DNA from: the human T2T-CHM13v2.0 reference genome, Homo sapiens
DNA length: 64,000 bases
Reading direction: 5' to 3' (one strand)
Assembly: GCF_009914755.1 (NCBI RefSeq)
Contig: NC_060928.1
Under the pieces are notes generated by a model. The model ran no database searches, was not told the origin of the DNA, and saw only the letters and a program-made list of their open reading frames with translations. Shown here piece after piece: positions 13,386 through 28,360 of this stretch. A program made the position numbers and the translations under genes. Within the stretch, counting starts at the first letter, position 1. Every line of letters starts with the position of its first letter.

Positions 13386-13979
13386 TGTAAACCAAAAATA
13401 AAATTCTAAGGCACCACAACCATCTGAATGGGCCCCTCCTCTCAGCCAGGGGCATTCCAAAGCTAACCTGAAAAAAATGAGTTCAGGCCATGATGAGAAA
13501 AGGGAGCCAAAATGCCTCATTATACCCTCCTCCCTTTTGGAATTACTGATATAAGAGGCTCTTTAAGTCTGATAAGAAATATTTACAATCTATTCTCTCT
13601 CAAATCTGCTACCTGGAGGCTTTATCTGCATGATAAAACCTTGGTCTCCACAACCCTTATCATAATCCAGACATTCCTTTCTATTGATAATAACACTTTC
13701 AACCAATTGCCAATCAGAAAATCTTTGAACCTGCCTGTGACGTGGAAGCCCCCAATTCCAGTTGTTCCACCTTTCTGAACTGAACCATTGTACATCTTAC
13801 ATGTATTAATTGATGTCTCATGTCTCCCTAAAATGTATAAAACAAAGCTGTGGCCCAACCACCTTGAGCTTATGTTTTCAGGATCTTTTGAGGCTGTGTC
13901 ATGGGCCATTAGTCACTCATAACTGGCTCAGAATAAATCTCTTCAAATATTTTACAGAGTTTGACTGTTTTCATCGACA
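13386..13979 (+). mobile_element. Solo ERV1 LTR, MER4 family (MER4B/D/E-like)
   Basis: TGTAAACCAAAAATAAAATTCTAAGGC..AATAAA..TTTTCATCGACA. Confidence 0.88.
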
Positions 13980-14014
13980 CAATGTAGATATCATCTGAGA
14001 TGTTATACTAACCC

Positions 14015-14400
14015 ATTTATTTATTATTCACTCACTACATCGTTATTAAACATCTTTGATGTGCCAGGCATGTGGGGGTGGCTCTGGGCAAACAAAGAAA
14101 TATGCTCAGTCCCTGTCATTGAGTGAGGCCCATAAACACATAATTCCAGCACAACCTGTTATGTGAAAAGACAAGGTATATATCAAGTGAAATGTAAACA
14201 AAGGAGGAAATGACTAACTTTGCTTGGGATTGCTGAGAAAGACTTTGTAGAAGAGAAGATTTTTTATCAGTGTCATGAAGGCTTAATAGCAACTGATTTA
14301 TTAAAGAATCATGAAAAGATCAACCCCAAGAAAGAAAAGGAAACATGGAAGGACCTGGACTGGAGTCACGCCAGTACAAGGAGGATACTGGCAAAGATGA
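14015..14400 (-). mobile_element. L2 fragment
   Basis: TTCACTCACT..ATGTGCCAGGCA..TCAGTCCCTGTC. Confidence 0.5.
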
Positions 14401-14535
14401 GGTAGGTGGATGGGAAATAGCAGGACTTGAGGGTAAGACATTGAGTTGAAAACAAAATAATGGTTATTGATCAAACGCAGTGGGGCTTAGGCTGGGGAGT
14501 AATGCATATGGATCTGGTGCCATTTTGAAGGACAT

Positions 14536-15094
14536 TGTTGAAGGCAAGGGAAAGCGTCCCCTTCACTCTCTGAAGGTTTGCTGAAAATATTTAACAAGAA
14601 GACGATTAATAGGAGAAAAGGCATACAAATTTATTTGATCATAGTTTTTCATGACACAGGGGCCTTCAAAATGAAAGCCCTCCACCTCGAGGTTACAGAA
14701 AGAATATGGATTCAGAGCACAGCCAAAAACAGGCTATGGTGGTAAACTAGGCTTTAGTGGCAAAACAGGTTATGAGAGAGACAGAACAGGAGGCCTGCCT
14801 AGCAAAGTTGGCCTTATTATATAGATGAAACCTCATGGGTAGCAGACAGAATAGATGACAAATTCTTCTTACCTTTACCAAATTCTCTCACCTCTAAAGG
14901 TGTCAGACTCTTAATCTTTCCTAGATCTGACAAGGGAATCCTGGCTGCATGAATATAGATTCTCTACAGATGTAAATTTCCCCCAGGAAAGACAGCTTTG
15001 TAGGGCCAATTCCGTTTGCTGGCCCTCTGGCAGTCATCTCAAAGTATATCAAAGAAATATATTTTGGGGTAAAATATCTTGATTTCCTTCCACA
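14536..15094 (-). mobile_element. Solo ERV1 LTR (LTR49/MER39-like)
   Basis: Minus strand TGTGGAAGGAAATCAAGATATTTTACCCCAAAATAT; homologous to LTRs at 18546, 47077, 53111 and 57950. Confidence 0.8.
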
Positions 15095-16222
15095 TCGAGG
15101 ATGAAAGTTGCTGAAGAAAGGAAAAAAATGTTGGTAGCTCTTGCAGTGATCTAAGCAAAAATTGAGGCACTGGAGAGGAGACTTATTGAGGGGTATGAAT
15201 CAACAGAGCTTGATTAAGTCTAGGGGTTAAAGGAGTGATTGGGTGACTGAGTGGATAATGGTAACAATCAAAATAGTATCTCAAATTCTACAAGATTCCT
15301 TTTGAGCTAGAGTTTGCTCAAAGTACATTCAAAGCAGCACCTGTTGAACTCTGACAGCCCAGAAAAACAATAGCTAACTCACGCATGGCTAAATAGCTCT
15401 TAGAATCATAGTGAGTCATTGTTTTGGTTATATTAATGGATTAATTCAGTTAATCCTCACAAAAACCTCATAAAGTAGGCAGGACCATATTCCATTTTAC
15501 AAATGAGGAGATCAGTTCAGGAAATTAGAACAGAGAGGTGAACTAACTTAACCAAGGTGATATAGCCACTAAGTGTTGGAGTCTGACTTCAAACACAGTC
15601 AGTTTTTATACTGCCTTGTTTGAAGCCTGGGGTGAAGATGGAGGTGGAGTGCTGTCCTGGGAGTGGGGCTGAGGGATGCAGCACTTTACAAGGGCAAAGT
15701 TTCCTACAAATCACCTTTAAACATCTTTCTTCCTTCTCAAAGTTCACACTCACCCTGGCTGCCAAGTGCTCCCTGCTCCTCGGGGCTATTGCTGTGCTGT
15801 TCTTGAGAGCTTCCTCCTTCCACCAGACAGTTTCTGTTCCCCTTAGTTCTGAGAAATGTGGCCGTCCTGGCCTAGCACCCTCCTAGGAGAAGTGAAGTCC
15901 CCTGCAGATCTTTCTGTTTGTTTGTTTTTCTGGAGCAAACAAGCCCTGCTTTCAATTCAGGGAAAGGTGGAAGGAGAACAGAGGTCTGGGAATGTGAAGA
16001 AGCTAAGACAGTGGATTTGATTGGGCACTTGTTTTGTTTGTGGTGTCTCAGGGATATTCAACTGAAAAGAGAAACCACAGAGATAGGAAGCCAGAAGAGG
16101 TTTGAAATTCTTTTGAAATACTTACTAAATATTTGCTTTCAGACACTTTGCAGGAGTATTCAAACAGCATCTCCCTGTATGTTGGAAAGCAGCCCCTGTA
16201 CACAGCTAAATATTTTTTCTAA

Positions 16223-16568
<346 letters not shown>

Positions 16569-17269
16569 TTTTTTTTTTTTTTTAATAGGATCTGTTCTAA
16601 AAGTAATTTATGATTTGCATTCTGAAACTTGCCATCTAGTCAAGTTTAAAGACCCATGTAGGAACAAATATCATAAAAGTACAAAAAATTGATCATCATA
16701 TGTATGTAAATGTTGTAATTTTTAAAAAGTCTTCGTGATAATGAAAAGAATCCATGTTGACTATAGCAAACATAAAATACAGAATTTAAAAAATTCCTCT
16801 TACTGTCACATATAAGCACCATTAACATTTTGGATGTATTCTCTTCCAGACTTCCTGCAATCTCTTTCTTTCTTTTTGATTACTATATTTCTTTATATTT
16901 TATTACTACGGTTGTTGCTAGTTTTCCATTTCAAACATAGCTATTTTCTCTACATAATGCATAACCTGCTATTTAAAAAAAAAACAAACTTTGTTTAAAA
17001 ATGTACAAAATTAACACATTCTCATCCAAAAAAGAGGTCTTGCAGTGAAAAAGCATATAGGGTCAAAATGATATGTTTCCCTGGTCCCATTCCCCAAGGT
17101 AGCCTCAAGCAACAGTTTGATGAAGTTCACAAGTTTTTCCAAAAGCAAAGCCATTCTTGAGGTAAATTTTTCCTCCTCATGTCTATAATCTACATTAATA
17201 TAAACATATTTTCTCTAGTGTTGTGATCTAGTGTTTTTTTTCCTAACGGTGTTTCAGACAGCTTTTTCA

Positions 17270-17719
17270 CGTCGACCTAAAAGGAAGAGGCCTAACACCA
17301 AATACGATTTTAAAAGTTTACTTGAGCCAAAGTGGGAAGAGCTGCCTGGAAGACTCAGACCCAGGTAGCCTTGGTTATGAGCACCATTTGGCCTGTATTA
17401 TAAGCAGATTTTTTAAAGGCAAAAAAAGGAGACTAGAGATTGCTAGTACAAAGTTGTTTGTCAAGAATTATTATTGGTTTATAGATATAACATTGATCAG
17501 TGATTGGCTGTACATCGTTAAGCCATAGGGTGTGGATATAGTGTCAGGTTAAGCATTATTAGGTTAAGTTATAGCTATCTGTGGCAATAGCAAGCAGTTT
17601 CAAGGGATGAATCCATAGCTCAAAGCGGGGAATAGGATGTATAGCTCTCTCATTTTAATGTCTCTCTGGGCCTGATGATTTAAAAGACTCACACTCCTAA
17701 GATGAAAGTTATTTTCTCA
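17270..17719 (-). mobile_element. Solo ERV LTR (family uncertain)
   Basis: Minus strand TGAGAAAATAACTTTCATCTTAGGAGTGTGAGTCTTTTAAATCATCAGGCCCAGAGAGAC..TAGGTCGAC. Confidence 0.7.
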
Positions 17720-17924
17720 TCTATGTAATGTGTTAATAATTATGTCTGGTGAAATGTTGCTAAAACACTGCAACGTGGTTGGCCTTGCTTTGAATGAGCT
17801 GGAAGAAGATTTTATATCAGTGTCATTGGAATGCACTGATTCCTTGAATAGTCAGAGACTAATTTTGGTCTAAATTATGTTCTTTCTTTACCTTTTTAAA
17901 AAATCAATACGCTTTTCATTTTGA

Positions 17925-18219
<295 letters not shown>

Positions 18220-18445
18220 TGAAATAATTTTTAAAAGTTGCAAAGATAGTACATAGAGTTCCTATATACACTTCACCCAGCTCCCTCTAATGTTAATCTC
18301 TTATGTCATCATGGTACATTTGTCAAAGCTAAGAAATTGACATTGGCACAATACAGTTAACTGTAGACTTTATTTGGATTTCACCAGTTTTTCCACTAAT
18401 ATTCTTCTATTCCAGAATCCATTCAGGATACCTATTATTTTAGTT
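18220..18445 (-). mobile_element. L1MB-type 3' end
   Basis: AAGTTGCAAAGATAGTACATAGAGTTCC..CATGGTACATTTGTCAAAGCTAAGAAATT. Confidence 0.75.
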
Positions 18446-18545
18446 ACTTTATCTTTTAAGTTACATTGTTTCATTGCCTCTCTATGAAGGATTGTGGGAA
18501 GGGGAAGGGGTTAGAGAGAAAATACATACTGATGCATTTGAGATT

Positions 18546-19439
<894 letters not shown>

Positions 19440-19564
19440 AGATCATGTTAGCAACATGAGGTTGCAATCATTAGAGTCCTGGGATTCCTGCTAAATGTTA
19501 TTTTACGTAGTCATCCTGCCTCCTTCAGGCAAAGGTATTTGAGGAGTGGCTATACCAAATGTTA

Positions 19565-19864
<300 letters not shown>

Positions 19865-20084
19865 TCAGACCTGAGGGCCAAATTGTAGACAACTGCTCCT
19901 TAAGAGTAAGGACTATCTCTTGCTTATCTTTGCATCTTCTGTAGCACCTAGTGTTTAGGACTCTATAAAATTGAGCCACCCAGATGACTGTATTCCAAAA
20001 ACATGAGTATGTTTTCTCTCAATCTCTGTGTATGGGATAACTGTTTTGTTTTGTTTTATTTGTTTGTTTCAGGCCCAATGTTTA

Positions 20085-20446
20085 TTCCTACTTCTACTAA
20101 AAGTACTTTATTTTTCTTATTTTCCTGGGGGAACTATTCCCTCCCAGTATTCTACTACGTAGTTCAGATGGAGTTAAATCTACTCACTGGCTCCATAAGT
20201 AAGAGTGTTATCTAGGCCAGCCTTAGAGGAGTAACAAATTCTCCTGGCCACAATAATTGGTTCAGAGGTGTTTCCACAAACCAAGCTAAGACAGAGTGGT
20301 CAATCCTGGCACTAGGATAAACTTCTGTTGGTAAGGTATGGTAGCACATGCCTGCAATCCCAGTGCTTTGGGAGGCTGAGGCAGGAGGGTTGCTTGAGGC
20401 CAGGAGTTCAAAAACAGCCTGGACCACACAGCAAGACACCGTCTTT

Positions 20447-20487
<41 letters not shown>

Positions 20488-20745
20488 CCTTCTGTTGGAC
20501 TTGCTGCACTAGAATCATAAGCTTGAAGTCACCACGTAGCTGCCTGGGAATGGAACTGCCACAGAAGAAAGACAGCCTAGGAATGGGTGAGAAAGACAAC
20601 GTCTTGTTAACATCATTTGAGTGCCTGAATCAAACCTTTCCCAAAGCTCACTCCTTGAACTTTCAGGTATTGAGCCAATCAATCTTTTTCTAAATTTAAA
20701 CTAATTTGAGTTGGCTTTCTCTCACTTACAACAGGAGTCCTGACA
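20085..20745 (+). mobile_element. Old MLT1 LTR (MLT1J/K-like), interrupted by an Alu monomer
   Basis: CCTGGCCACAATAATTGGTTCAGAGGTG..TTTGAGTTGGCTTTCTCTCACTTACAAC. Confidence 0.55.
20330..20483 (+). mobile_element. Alu left monomer (FLAM-like) with (CA)n tail
   Basis: Monomer 20330-20447; ~17 CA units 20449-20483. Confidence 0.85.
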
Positions 20746-21110
20746 TATATCTTTAATGTCACCCTCTACCACTTGATATTGTGAGTGAACAACTTTGGAT
20801 CTTGGGCTTTCCTTAGCTCTCTATGCCCAATGCTAAATGTGATTTCACAATTATGGTTCAGGCCTGTTCAGACTTCTCTATGTGAGAGAGCTTGTGCATG
20901 GGTATGATTTAAATCTCTCTGTGTCAGAATAGCCTTGTACAGTTCTGTGCGTGAAATGTTTGCTCAGCTAGTCTAGATGAGGATATTCTAGATGTCATCC
21001 TTCCAAGGAGACTTCCCTGACTCCCACACTTTCATATATGTCAGATGAAAAGGATCTCTTATAGTTTCCTATGCTTACCCTTATTCTAACCGTCTTTACT
21101 CTATATTATA

Positions 21111-21541
21111 CAGTTGGCTCTTGAACAATATGGGTTTGAACTGCATGGGTCCAATTATACATGGATTTTCTTCTCCTTCTGCCACCCTAGAGACAACAAG
21201 ACCAACTTCTCCTCTTTCTCTTCCTCCTTAGCCTACTCAATGTGAAGACGTTGAGTATAAAGACTTTATGGTGATCCATTTCCAGTTAATGAATAGTAAA
21301 TATATTTTTTCTTCCTTATGATTTTCATAAGAACATTTTGTTTTCTCTGGCTTATTTTATATTGTGAAAATATACTATATAATACATATAAAAAATTCAT
21401 GTTAATTAACTTATGTTATCAGTAAGGTTTCTAGTCAACAGTAGGCTATTAGTTAAGTTTTGGGTAAATAAAAGTTATATTCAGATTTTTGAGTGTGTGG
21501 GGTCAGCATCCCTAGCCCCCACATTATTCAGGGGTCAACTA
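21111..21541 (+). mobile_element. Tigger2a DNA transposon inside an L2 remnant
   Basis: TA|CAGTTGGCTCTTGAACAA..TTCAGGGGTCAACTA|TA terminal inverted repeats, ~430 bp. Confidence 0.88.
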
Positions 21542-21959
21542 TAATTGTTTCTTACCTGCTGTCCCAAGTGAAGCTCCTCTTGTCTTTTCCTAAAAATAAT
21601 CTCTGACACCCAGCCTAGTGATTTACAGAATGGATACATGATATACAATTATCAAATAAATGAATGGATGAATAATAAATGATAATAATAATTACACAAA
21701 TTAGGGAAAACTCTTCTCTTTTTCCATACCTTCTCTGCAAAGGCTACAGAAAATCAGTAACTGCATTCAAGAATTCTACTCATTGATCTTTTTTTTCTTC
21801 TTTTTCTCTTATCCCAAGCCCTAATCTTGCAAAATAATTAAACTGCAATGCAGTCTTCACGTATCTACTCACTGATCTTGAAGCCTTATTTTCCATTCTG
21901 TGAGCCACACTTAGATATTGATAAACTAAAGTATTCAAAAGCTGGCAACCAGGTGTGAA

Positions 21960-22290
21960 GTGTTGAAAACATGATAAATGAAGAATAATTGAAGGAGCTA
22001 GAAAGTTGAGCTTGGCAAAGGAAGATCCAGGGTAGAGAATATCATTGTTTTCAAAATTTGAAGTGGATAGGAACCAGGGCAAAAACCAAGCCAATAATTT
22101 CAGACTGGAGTTCTGTCAGTAGAGAACTCTTAACAGTTAAGATCATCAAAGGTAAAATGAGCTGCTGCAGAACTCCCTGAGCTTCCCACTCTCAGAGGTG
22201 CTCCCGGAGGGGTAGAACCCATAGACCATTTGATGGAAAATCTGTATAACAGATTTTTAGATGGTGAGAGTCAGGAATTCAAATTTCTGG
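21960..22290 (+). mobile_element. CR1/L3-type 3' fragment
   Basis: GAAGGAGCTAGAAAGTTGAGCTTGG..AAATGAGCTGC..GAGCTTCCCACTCTCAGAGGTG. Confidence 0.5.
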
Positions 22291-22329
22291 CACTTACAAA
22301 GATATTCTTCTACTTTAAGAACATTAGGC

Positions 22330-22649
<320 letters not shown>

Positions 22650-23069
22650 ATTAGGCATTTAGGATCTTTTCAAGCACTGGAAGAATCATAGAATCTTTTA
22701 ATTTTTAAAAAATTTATCTGAACCTCTGATCCTTGTTTAATGAGGCAGTTGGCAGATGAAGAGTTCCACCCTTGCTCCAGTGCTATGCTGATGAACAAGG
22801 CCACTGTGTAGCCAAAAGGTGTGGCTCTGCATTTGGTTAACAGGGCTCAGAAGTATGGGATTGCCCAATGTATGTCCTGCATTCTGCTTAAATTAGCCTT
22901 AGGGCTTTATCAGTGTAACCTTTCCTTAATTATGTGTGTATGTTTGTGTGTGTATGCGAGTTTGTGTAATTTTTGCTTATTGTCCTTGGGTGGAAACTGA
23001 TTAATTAATCATGTAGGCCTTTAGATGAGAACCAAAGACTGTGTTTGGAAAAAAATGGTCTAAGGACTA

Positions 23070-23195
23070 CCTGCATCAACATTTCTTAGAAGCTTCTAAT
23101 AATGCATATTCCTGGGTCTCACCCAGACTTACTAAATCAGATTCCCTGGGGGTTGAGCCCAGATATCTACTTCTTAACAAGAAACCCAGGTACTA
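23070..23195. mobile_element. MER5 (hAT-Charlie) fragment
   Basis: ATGCATATTCCTGGGTCTCACCCAGACTTACTAAATCAGA..TTAACAAG. Confidence 0.7.
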
Positions 23196-23372
23196 ATCAC
23201 GAGCTTCAACATTGGAGGGTCCTAACTGTAGAAGGTAGCAGGATGGTAATGAGAGGAACTCCCCTCCCCTGAACACAAACATTATATTTTTGGGCAGAGC
23301 TGCAGACTGTTCTCAGATGTAAAAAGGCGGACTGATCCATTAGGAATTGGTTCCACTGGATTTTTTTTCACA

Positions 23373-24320
23373 GTGTTTTTTTCTGGGCTCTCACTGTGTT
23401 AACAACAATCCACACAGAAGACTTCTGTGACCAAATGAGTGTGAGTTTTTTCCCACACACCAGGCAAGCAAGCAATTCTGCCAGGGACAGCGGCTGAGTG
23501 TCCTCCAATCCAATTCTGACACTATCTACCTGAAGATGCCATCAGACCCCACAGGTTGAGGGCTCGGTCCCACAAGACCCCCCCCCCCCCCCAGCCCATA
23601 CACACACCAGTTGCAAGTTCAGGCCTCGGGAACTTCTGACCAACTGGCTTCCAGTTGCCATTCCCATGACCCCTCTTTGGGCTCAATTAATTTGCCAGAG
23701 CTGCTCACAGAACTCCGAGAAACACGTTTCCCAGTTTATTATGAAGGATATAGATGAAGAGAAGAGATGCATAGGGTACAGGATGCAGAAAGGAGTGCAA
23801 AGTTTCCATGCCTTCTCTGAGAGCAACATCCTCCAGGAACCTCCACGTGTCCAGCTATCTGGAAGCTCTCTGAATCCTGTACTCTTGGGCCTTTGATGGA
23901 GATTTCATTAGATAGGCATGATTGACAACCATGTAGAAATGTGATTAGACAAAAAAAGTATGATCTAATACCAACAGACTGAACGGGGGAACCCAGCAAG
24001 GCCTGTCTGCTCACATTTCTCTTGGCCTCTCTGTGCAACATTCCTTCCTCCAGGGTAGGGGGCAGAGCCCCTTCTGAAATAAGTTATGACCTATAATCAG
24101 ACAAGGTGGGTCAGAAAATTTCTTTATGGCCAGCTCCAAGACAAAAAAAGAGAAGATTCCTGCCTTGGAGAGAAAAAGGAGCAGGTGAAAGGAGGGCAGG
24201 AAAATGTCAGAGAGATTCTGTTTTCTGAGGCCTGATTCTGAGGTTTAAAGTGCCCCAACATTATAACAAGAGCCATAGGAGTTATGAGCCAGGAACCATG
24301 AACAAAAACCTATGTATGTG
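23373..24320 (-). mobile_element. MER21 LTR (MER21A-like)
   Basis: GACTTCTGTGACCAAATG..CAATTCTGACACTATCTACCTG..GAGTTATGAGCCAGGAACCATG. Confidence 0.85.
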
Positions 24321-24326
24321 TGTGTG

Positions 24327-24388
<62 letters not shown>
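24312..24388. repeat. Compound (TG)n/(TA)n microsatellite
   Basis: ~24 uninterrupted TG units at 24339-24386. Confidence 0.95.
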
Positions 24389-24390
<2 letters not shown>

Positions 24391-24492
24391 ACTATGTATA
24401 TACCCAGACAACCTTCATCCACATAAAGGTATGAAAAATTATCAGTCTTCCATAAGGTACAATCTTTATCGCATTTAAAAATAATATATTTA

Positions 24493-24790
24493 GGCTGAGT
24501 GCAGTGGCTCACGCCTATAGTCCCAGCACTTTAGGAGGCCAAGGTGGGAAGATCACTTGAGCCCAGGTGTTCGAAAGCAGCCTGGGAAACACGGTGAGAT
24601 TCCATCTCTACAAAAAAAAAAAAAAAAAAAATTAGGCAAGCATGGTGGCATATGCCTGTGGTCCCAGCTACTTGGGAGCCTGAGGCAGGAGGATCAGTTG
24701 AGCCCAGGAGGTCAAGGCTACAGTAAGCCACTATAGAGTTCATGCCACTGCATGCTAGCCTGGGTGACAGAGCAAGGCCATATCTCAACA
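24493..24790 (+). mobile_element. Alu (AluJ-like)
   Basis: Full dimer; TSD AATAATATATTTA. Confidence 0.92.
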
Positions 24791-24810
24791 TAATAACAAT
24801 AATATATTTA

Positions 24811-24971
<161 letters not shown>

Positions 24972-25153
24972 TTAAATAATGAAAATAAATAAAACATATT
25001 TAAGTATCTAACATGTTAAAATATTTAAATAAAATGTGACCTTACATTATTAAAAATTTGAAAAATTAAGAGAGGAAATAATCTTCTGTTTTTTCACCAC
25101 CTTAATAAACTATTTTAATTTCTAGTAACTTCATTCTTTTCTTCATTTTTTTT

Positions 25154-25254
25154 AAGGCTAGTCAAGTGGAGCAGTGGGAGTGAAGATGGAATAAAGAAAT
25201 CCATAACTGGTTGTGATTAAGTAGTTGTAAACACCAACTGCACTCAGACCAACC
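25154..25254 (-). pseudogene. RNY3P: Retrotransposed Y3 RNA (hY3) pseudogene
   Basis: Reverse strand GGTTGGTCTGAGTGCAGTTGGTGTTTACAACTAC..CACTCCCACTGCTCCACTTGACTAGCCTT plus A tail matches full-length hY3 with scattered substitutions. Confidence 0.92.
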
Positions 25255-25914
25255 CATATATATATTTTTAATTGTAAGCATAGTATATATAAAACTTCAA
25301 TTCCTGCTTTTTTTTACCTAACATTATATCATATGCATTTTCCATACTGTTTCACAATTCCTTGTATTCGTAATTGTTTAATCCTGCAAAATAATGCTTC
25401 GAATGAACATATGATCATTTCCTTAAGTATTCCCCTACTATTAGAAGTGAAGTTTCTTCCAGCATTTTTCTCTTTGCTGTGATGAATATTTTTAAGTATA
25501 GAGATTTTTCAGTTTGGTTATGAGTTTTTGAAAATCTACTTTACCAAAAACAAAGAAAACCCATGTCTTTCTTTAGTACCTTTGCCAAGATATTACTTTT
25601 ACTTGACATTCAACAAGTATAGGATGAAAGTACACAAGTCTGCAAGGGACCTTGGAAGTAACTTGTTTCTGTCTAATTTCTATAAAATTTCCAGGAGATA
25701 GTCATACAGCTTTAATTTGATCGCATCCACTAGTTTTGGCATTGGTATTGCCATATTGATTATGGACACATAAAACTGTAACTCCTGGAGCCAACCTCTC
25801 AGGCTTTCCTACATGAAACCAATGCCACCATCCCACCCGCACTCTAGCACCTTCTATCCACTGATTTTAGTCATTGACTTGCTCTCTTCCTCTTTCTGTT
25901 TGTTGTCTTCCAGT

Positions 25915-26365
25915 TTGTCTCTTTCATTCCTCCCCTCCCTTCTCTATCCTGCTCTCTGACCCAAGAGGCTGACCTGTATGAACCACATCAGTGATTGGCT
26001 GGTGGGGCCCCCTAGCAAAGAGGATGGAGTGAAGTGAGGGTATTTACTTGCTTAATTGCCTCCAGGCTGGGTCACTCACAGCTGGCCATGTCCTTCCATC
26101 AAAGATCAGAGCTCTCCTCAAGGTAGCCCTCTCCACAAACTTTCTTGAGTTTCTCTTTCTGGGTTTTGTTAACCATTTTCTCAACTTGTCCCTTCATGCC
26201 TAGAGGTAATAGCAGGTGGGGAATGCTGTGCTATTCCATTTGGTTTTCCTGCACCCTTCCCATGTTTGTATGTAGTCCCTTTCATCAAAGTACTGGGACT
26301 GTCCTAATTCGAATGTGCCATCTTTTTTGTTTCCTGCTAAGAACTGTTCAACTCACTCTGGATAC
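25915..26365 (+). mobile_element. LTR33-like ERVL LTR
   Basis: CCTGCTCTCTGACCCAAGAGGCTGACCTGTATG..TGTGCCATC..TTTCCTGC..GATACA. Confidence 0.65.
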
Positions 26366-26960
26366 ACTCAATAAATATAACTCAGACTGTCACAATATTG
26401 AAGTTGTCACTATGTGCTTTGTTGATATCACTGGTCCAGAAAATAATGACATGGCTCACTCTGCTCACCTCTTTAGTTTCCACTTCAGCATTGCTCACTC
26501 CCTTCACAATTCCCCGTCAGAATGGGAAAAAACTTCACTAATAAACTTAGAGATAGAGAGTAGAGTTCATCCTCAATGGCTTATGGACCAAAAGAGGTTT
26601 TTTGTGTGTTCGTTTTTGTTTTTCTTTTTTTCTTTAAAGTTCAGATTTTTCTTTGTAAAAACTCTCGTGTTAGATAAGTGCCCATGCCAGAGCTATTTAA
26701 GTAATAGCATGAAAAGATGTTATAAAAACTAGATGTATATTTGTCCTTGGTAGTTGTCTTTCCTTGTTCAATGCCTAGCAGGCTATGATGAAATAACTCT
26801 GGTAATCATGACTTTAAAAACAATAAGGAGTCAACCTCTCTGAGTGCTCAAGTTATTCCGTGTCTATAAGACAACCTCCTTTAGAAACTGAAGTGTTTCT
26901 TCCAAGCGTTTGGGAGCACTGTCTGGAAGGTTATTTTCTGAGTGTGCTTAATCTAAGTTG

Positions 26961-27589
26961 TGTCGATGAAAAGAATCAAAGTCTGTAAAATATTTGAAGA
27001 GATTAATTCTGAGCCAAATATGAGTGACCATGACCTGTGACACAGCTCTCAGGAGGTCCTGAGAACACGTGCCCAAGGTGTCAGGGTGCAGCTTGGTTTT
27101 ATACATTTTAGGGAGACATGAGACTTCAAATACATTTAGGATATACATTGGTCCAATCCAGAAAGGCAAGACAACTTGAAGGGGGGTGGGGGCCTTCCAG
27201 GTTATAGGTAGATTTAAAGTTTTTCTAATTGGCAATTGGGTGGAAGAGTTATCAATGGATAGAAATGTCTGCCTTGCGATAAGAAGTTATGAAGACCAAA
27301 GTTTTATCATGCAGATGAAGCTTCCAGGTAGAGAATAAATAGTCAATGTTTCTCTTCTTTTTTGTTCCCTTGATTCTACCCCCTCCCTCCAAACGTTTCT
27401 TTTCAGACTTAAGGTCTGTATTGATGTTAATACTGGAGAGGTGTAATGAGGCATGTCTGATCCCACTTCGCGTCATGGCCTGAACCAGTCTTTCAGGTTA
27501 AATTTTAAAGTTCCCTGGCTAAGGAGGAAGTCATACAGATGGTTGCGGGGGTTGGGGGGGGTGGCTCAGAATTTTATTTTTGGTTTACA
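26961..27589 (-). mobile_element. Solo MER4-family LTR
   Basis: Homologous to 13386-13979 in the opposite orientation; TGTAAACCAAAAATAAAATTC..CATCGACA. Confidence 0.88.
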
Positions 27590-27663
27590 TTTGTCATTTT
27601 ACAGGAAGAATGTTTTTTGAGTAGAATTAAGAAGATGCTCACAAGATTAAGGCATAATAGAAT

Positions 27664-27895
27664 TTCCCTCCTTCCTTCCTTCCCTCCCTCCCTCCTTTCT
27701 TTCTTTCTTTCTCTTTTTCTTTCCTTCCTTCCTTCCCTCCTTCCTTCCTTTCTTCCTTCCTTCCTTCCCTCCCTCCCTACCTCCTTCCTTTTCTTTCTTT
27801 CTTTCATTTCTTTCTTTCTTTTTTTTTTTCTTTCTTTCTTTCTTTCTTTCCTTCATTCCTTCCTTCTCTCTTTCTTTCTTTCTCTCTTTCTTTCT
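27664..27895. repeat. (CCTT)n/(CTTT)n polypyrimidine tract, expanded Alu tail
   Basis: ~230 bp almost purely C/T. Confidence 0.95.
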
Positions 27896-28003
27896 CAAGA
27901 CAGGAGTGTGCCCTGTTGCCAAGGCTGGCCTGTGCTCAAGTGATCCACCTGCCTTGGCCTCCCAAACTGCTGGGATCACAGGTGTGAGCCACCATGCCCA
28001 GCC
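27896..28003 (-). mobile_element. Alu left monomer (FLAM-like)
   Basis: TSD GCATAATAGAATTTC/GCATAATAGTACTTC encloses monomer plus tract. Confidence 0.8.
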
Positions 28004-28077
28004 AGCATAATAGTACTTCGAAGATAACGATTTCCTTTTACAAGGAATCCTTCAAACTTGATGAAAAGAAAAAGATG

Positions 28078-28360
28078 GAGAGCTAAGCTATGAGGATGCA
28101 AAGGCATGAGAATAATACAATGGACTTTGGGGACTCGGAGGGAAAGGGTGGGAGGCGGGTGAGGGATAAAAGACTACACACTGGGTACAGTGTACACTGC
28201 TCAGGTGATGGGTGCACCAAAATCTCAGAAACCACCACTGAAGAACTTATCCATGTAATCAAACACAACCTGTTCCCCAAAAACCTGTAGAAAAAAAATT
28301 TTATACCATAAATATGTATAATTTTTGTCAATAAAAATTTTTTTAAAGTGAAAAAAAAGA
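28078..28360 (+). mobile_element. L1PB-type 3' end (5'-truncated)
   Basis: GAGCTAAGCTATGAGGATGCAAAGGCAT..GGTGATGGGTGCACCAAAATCTCA..CCCCAAAAACCT. Confidence 0.88.

Noticed and set aside
26145-26732. 195-aa ORF
   Set aside because: TTG start, begins inside an LTR33-like element, F/L/S-rich T-biased composition, no recognisable domain.
27539-27979. K/E/R-rich and F/L/S-rich ORFs
   Set aside because: Translations of the CCTT/CTTT microsatellite.
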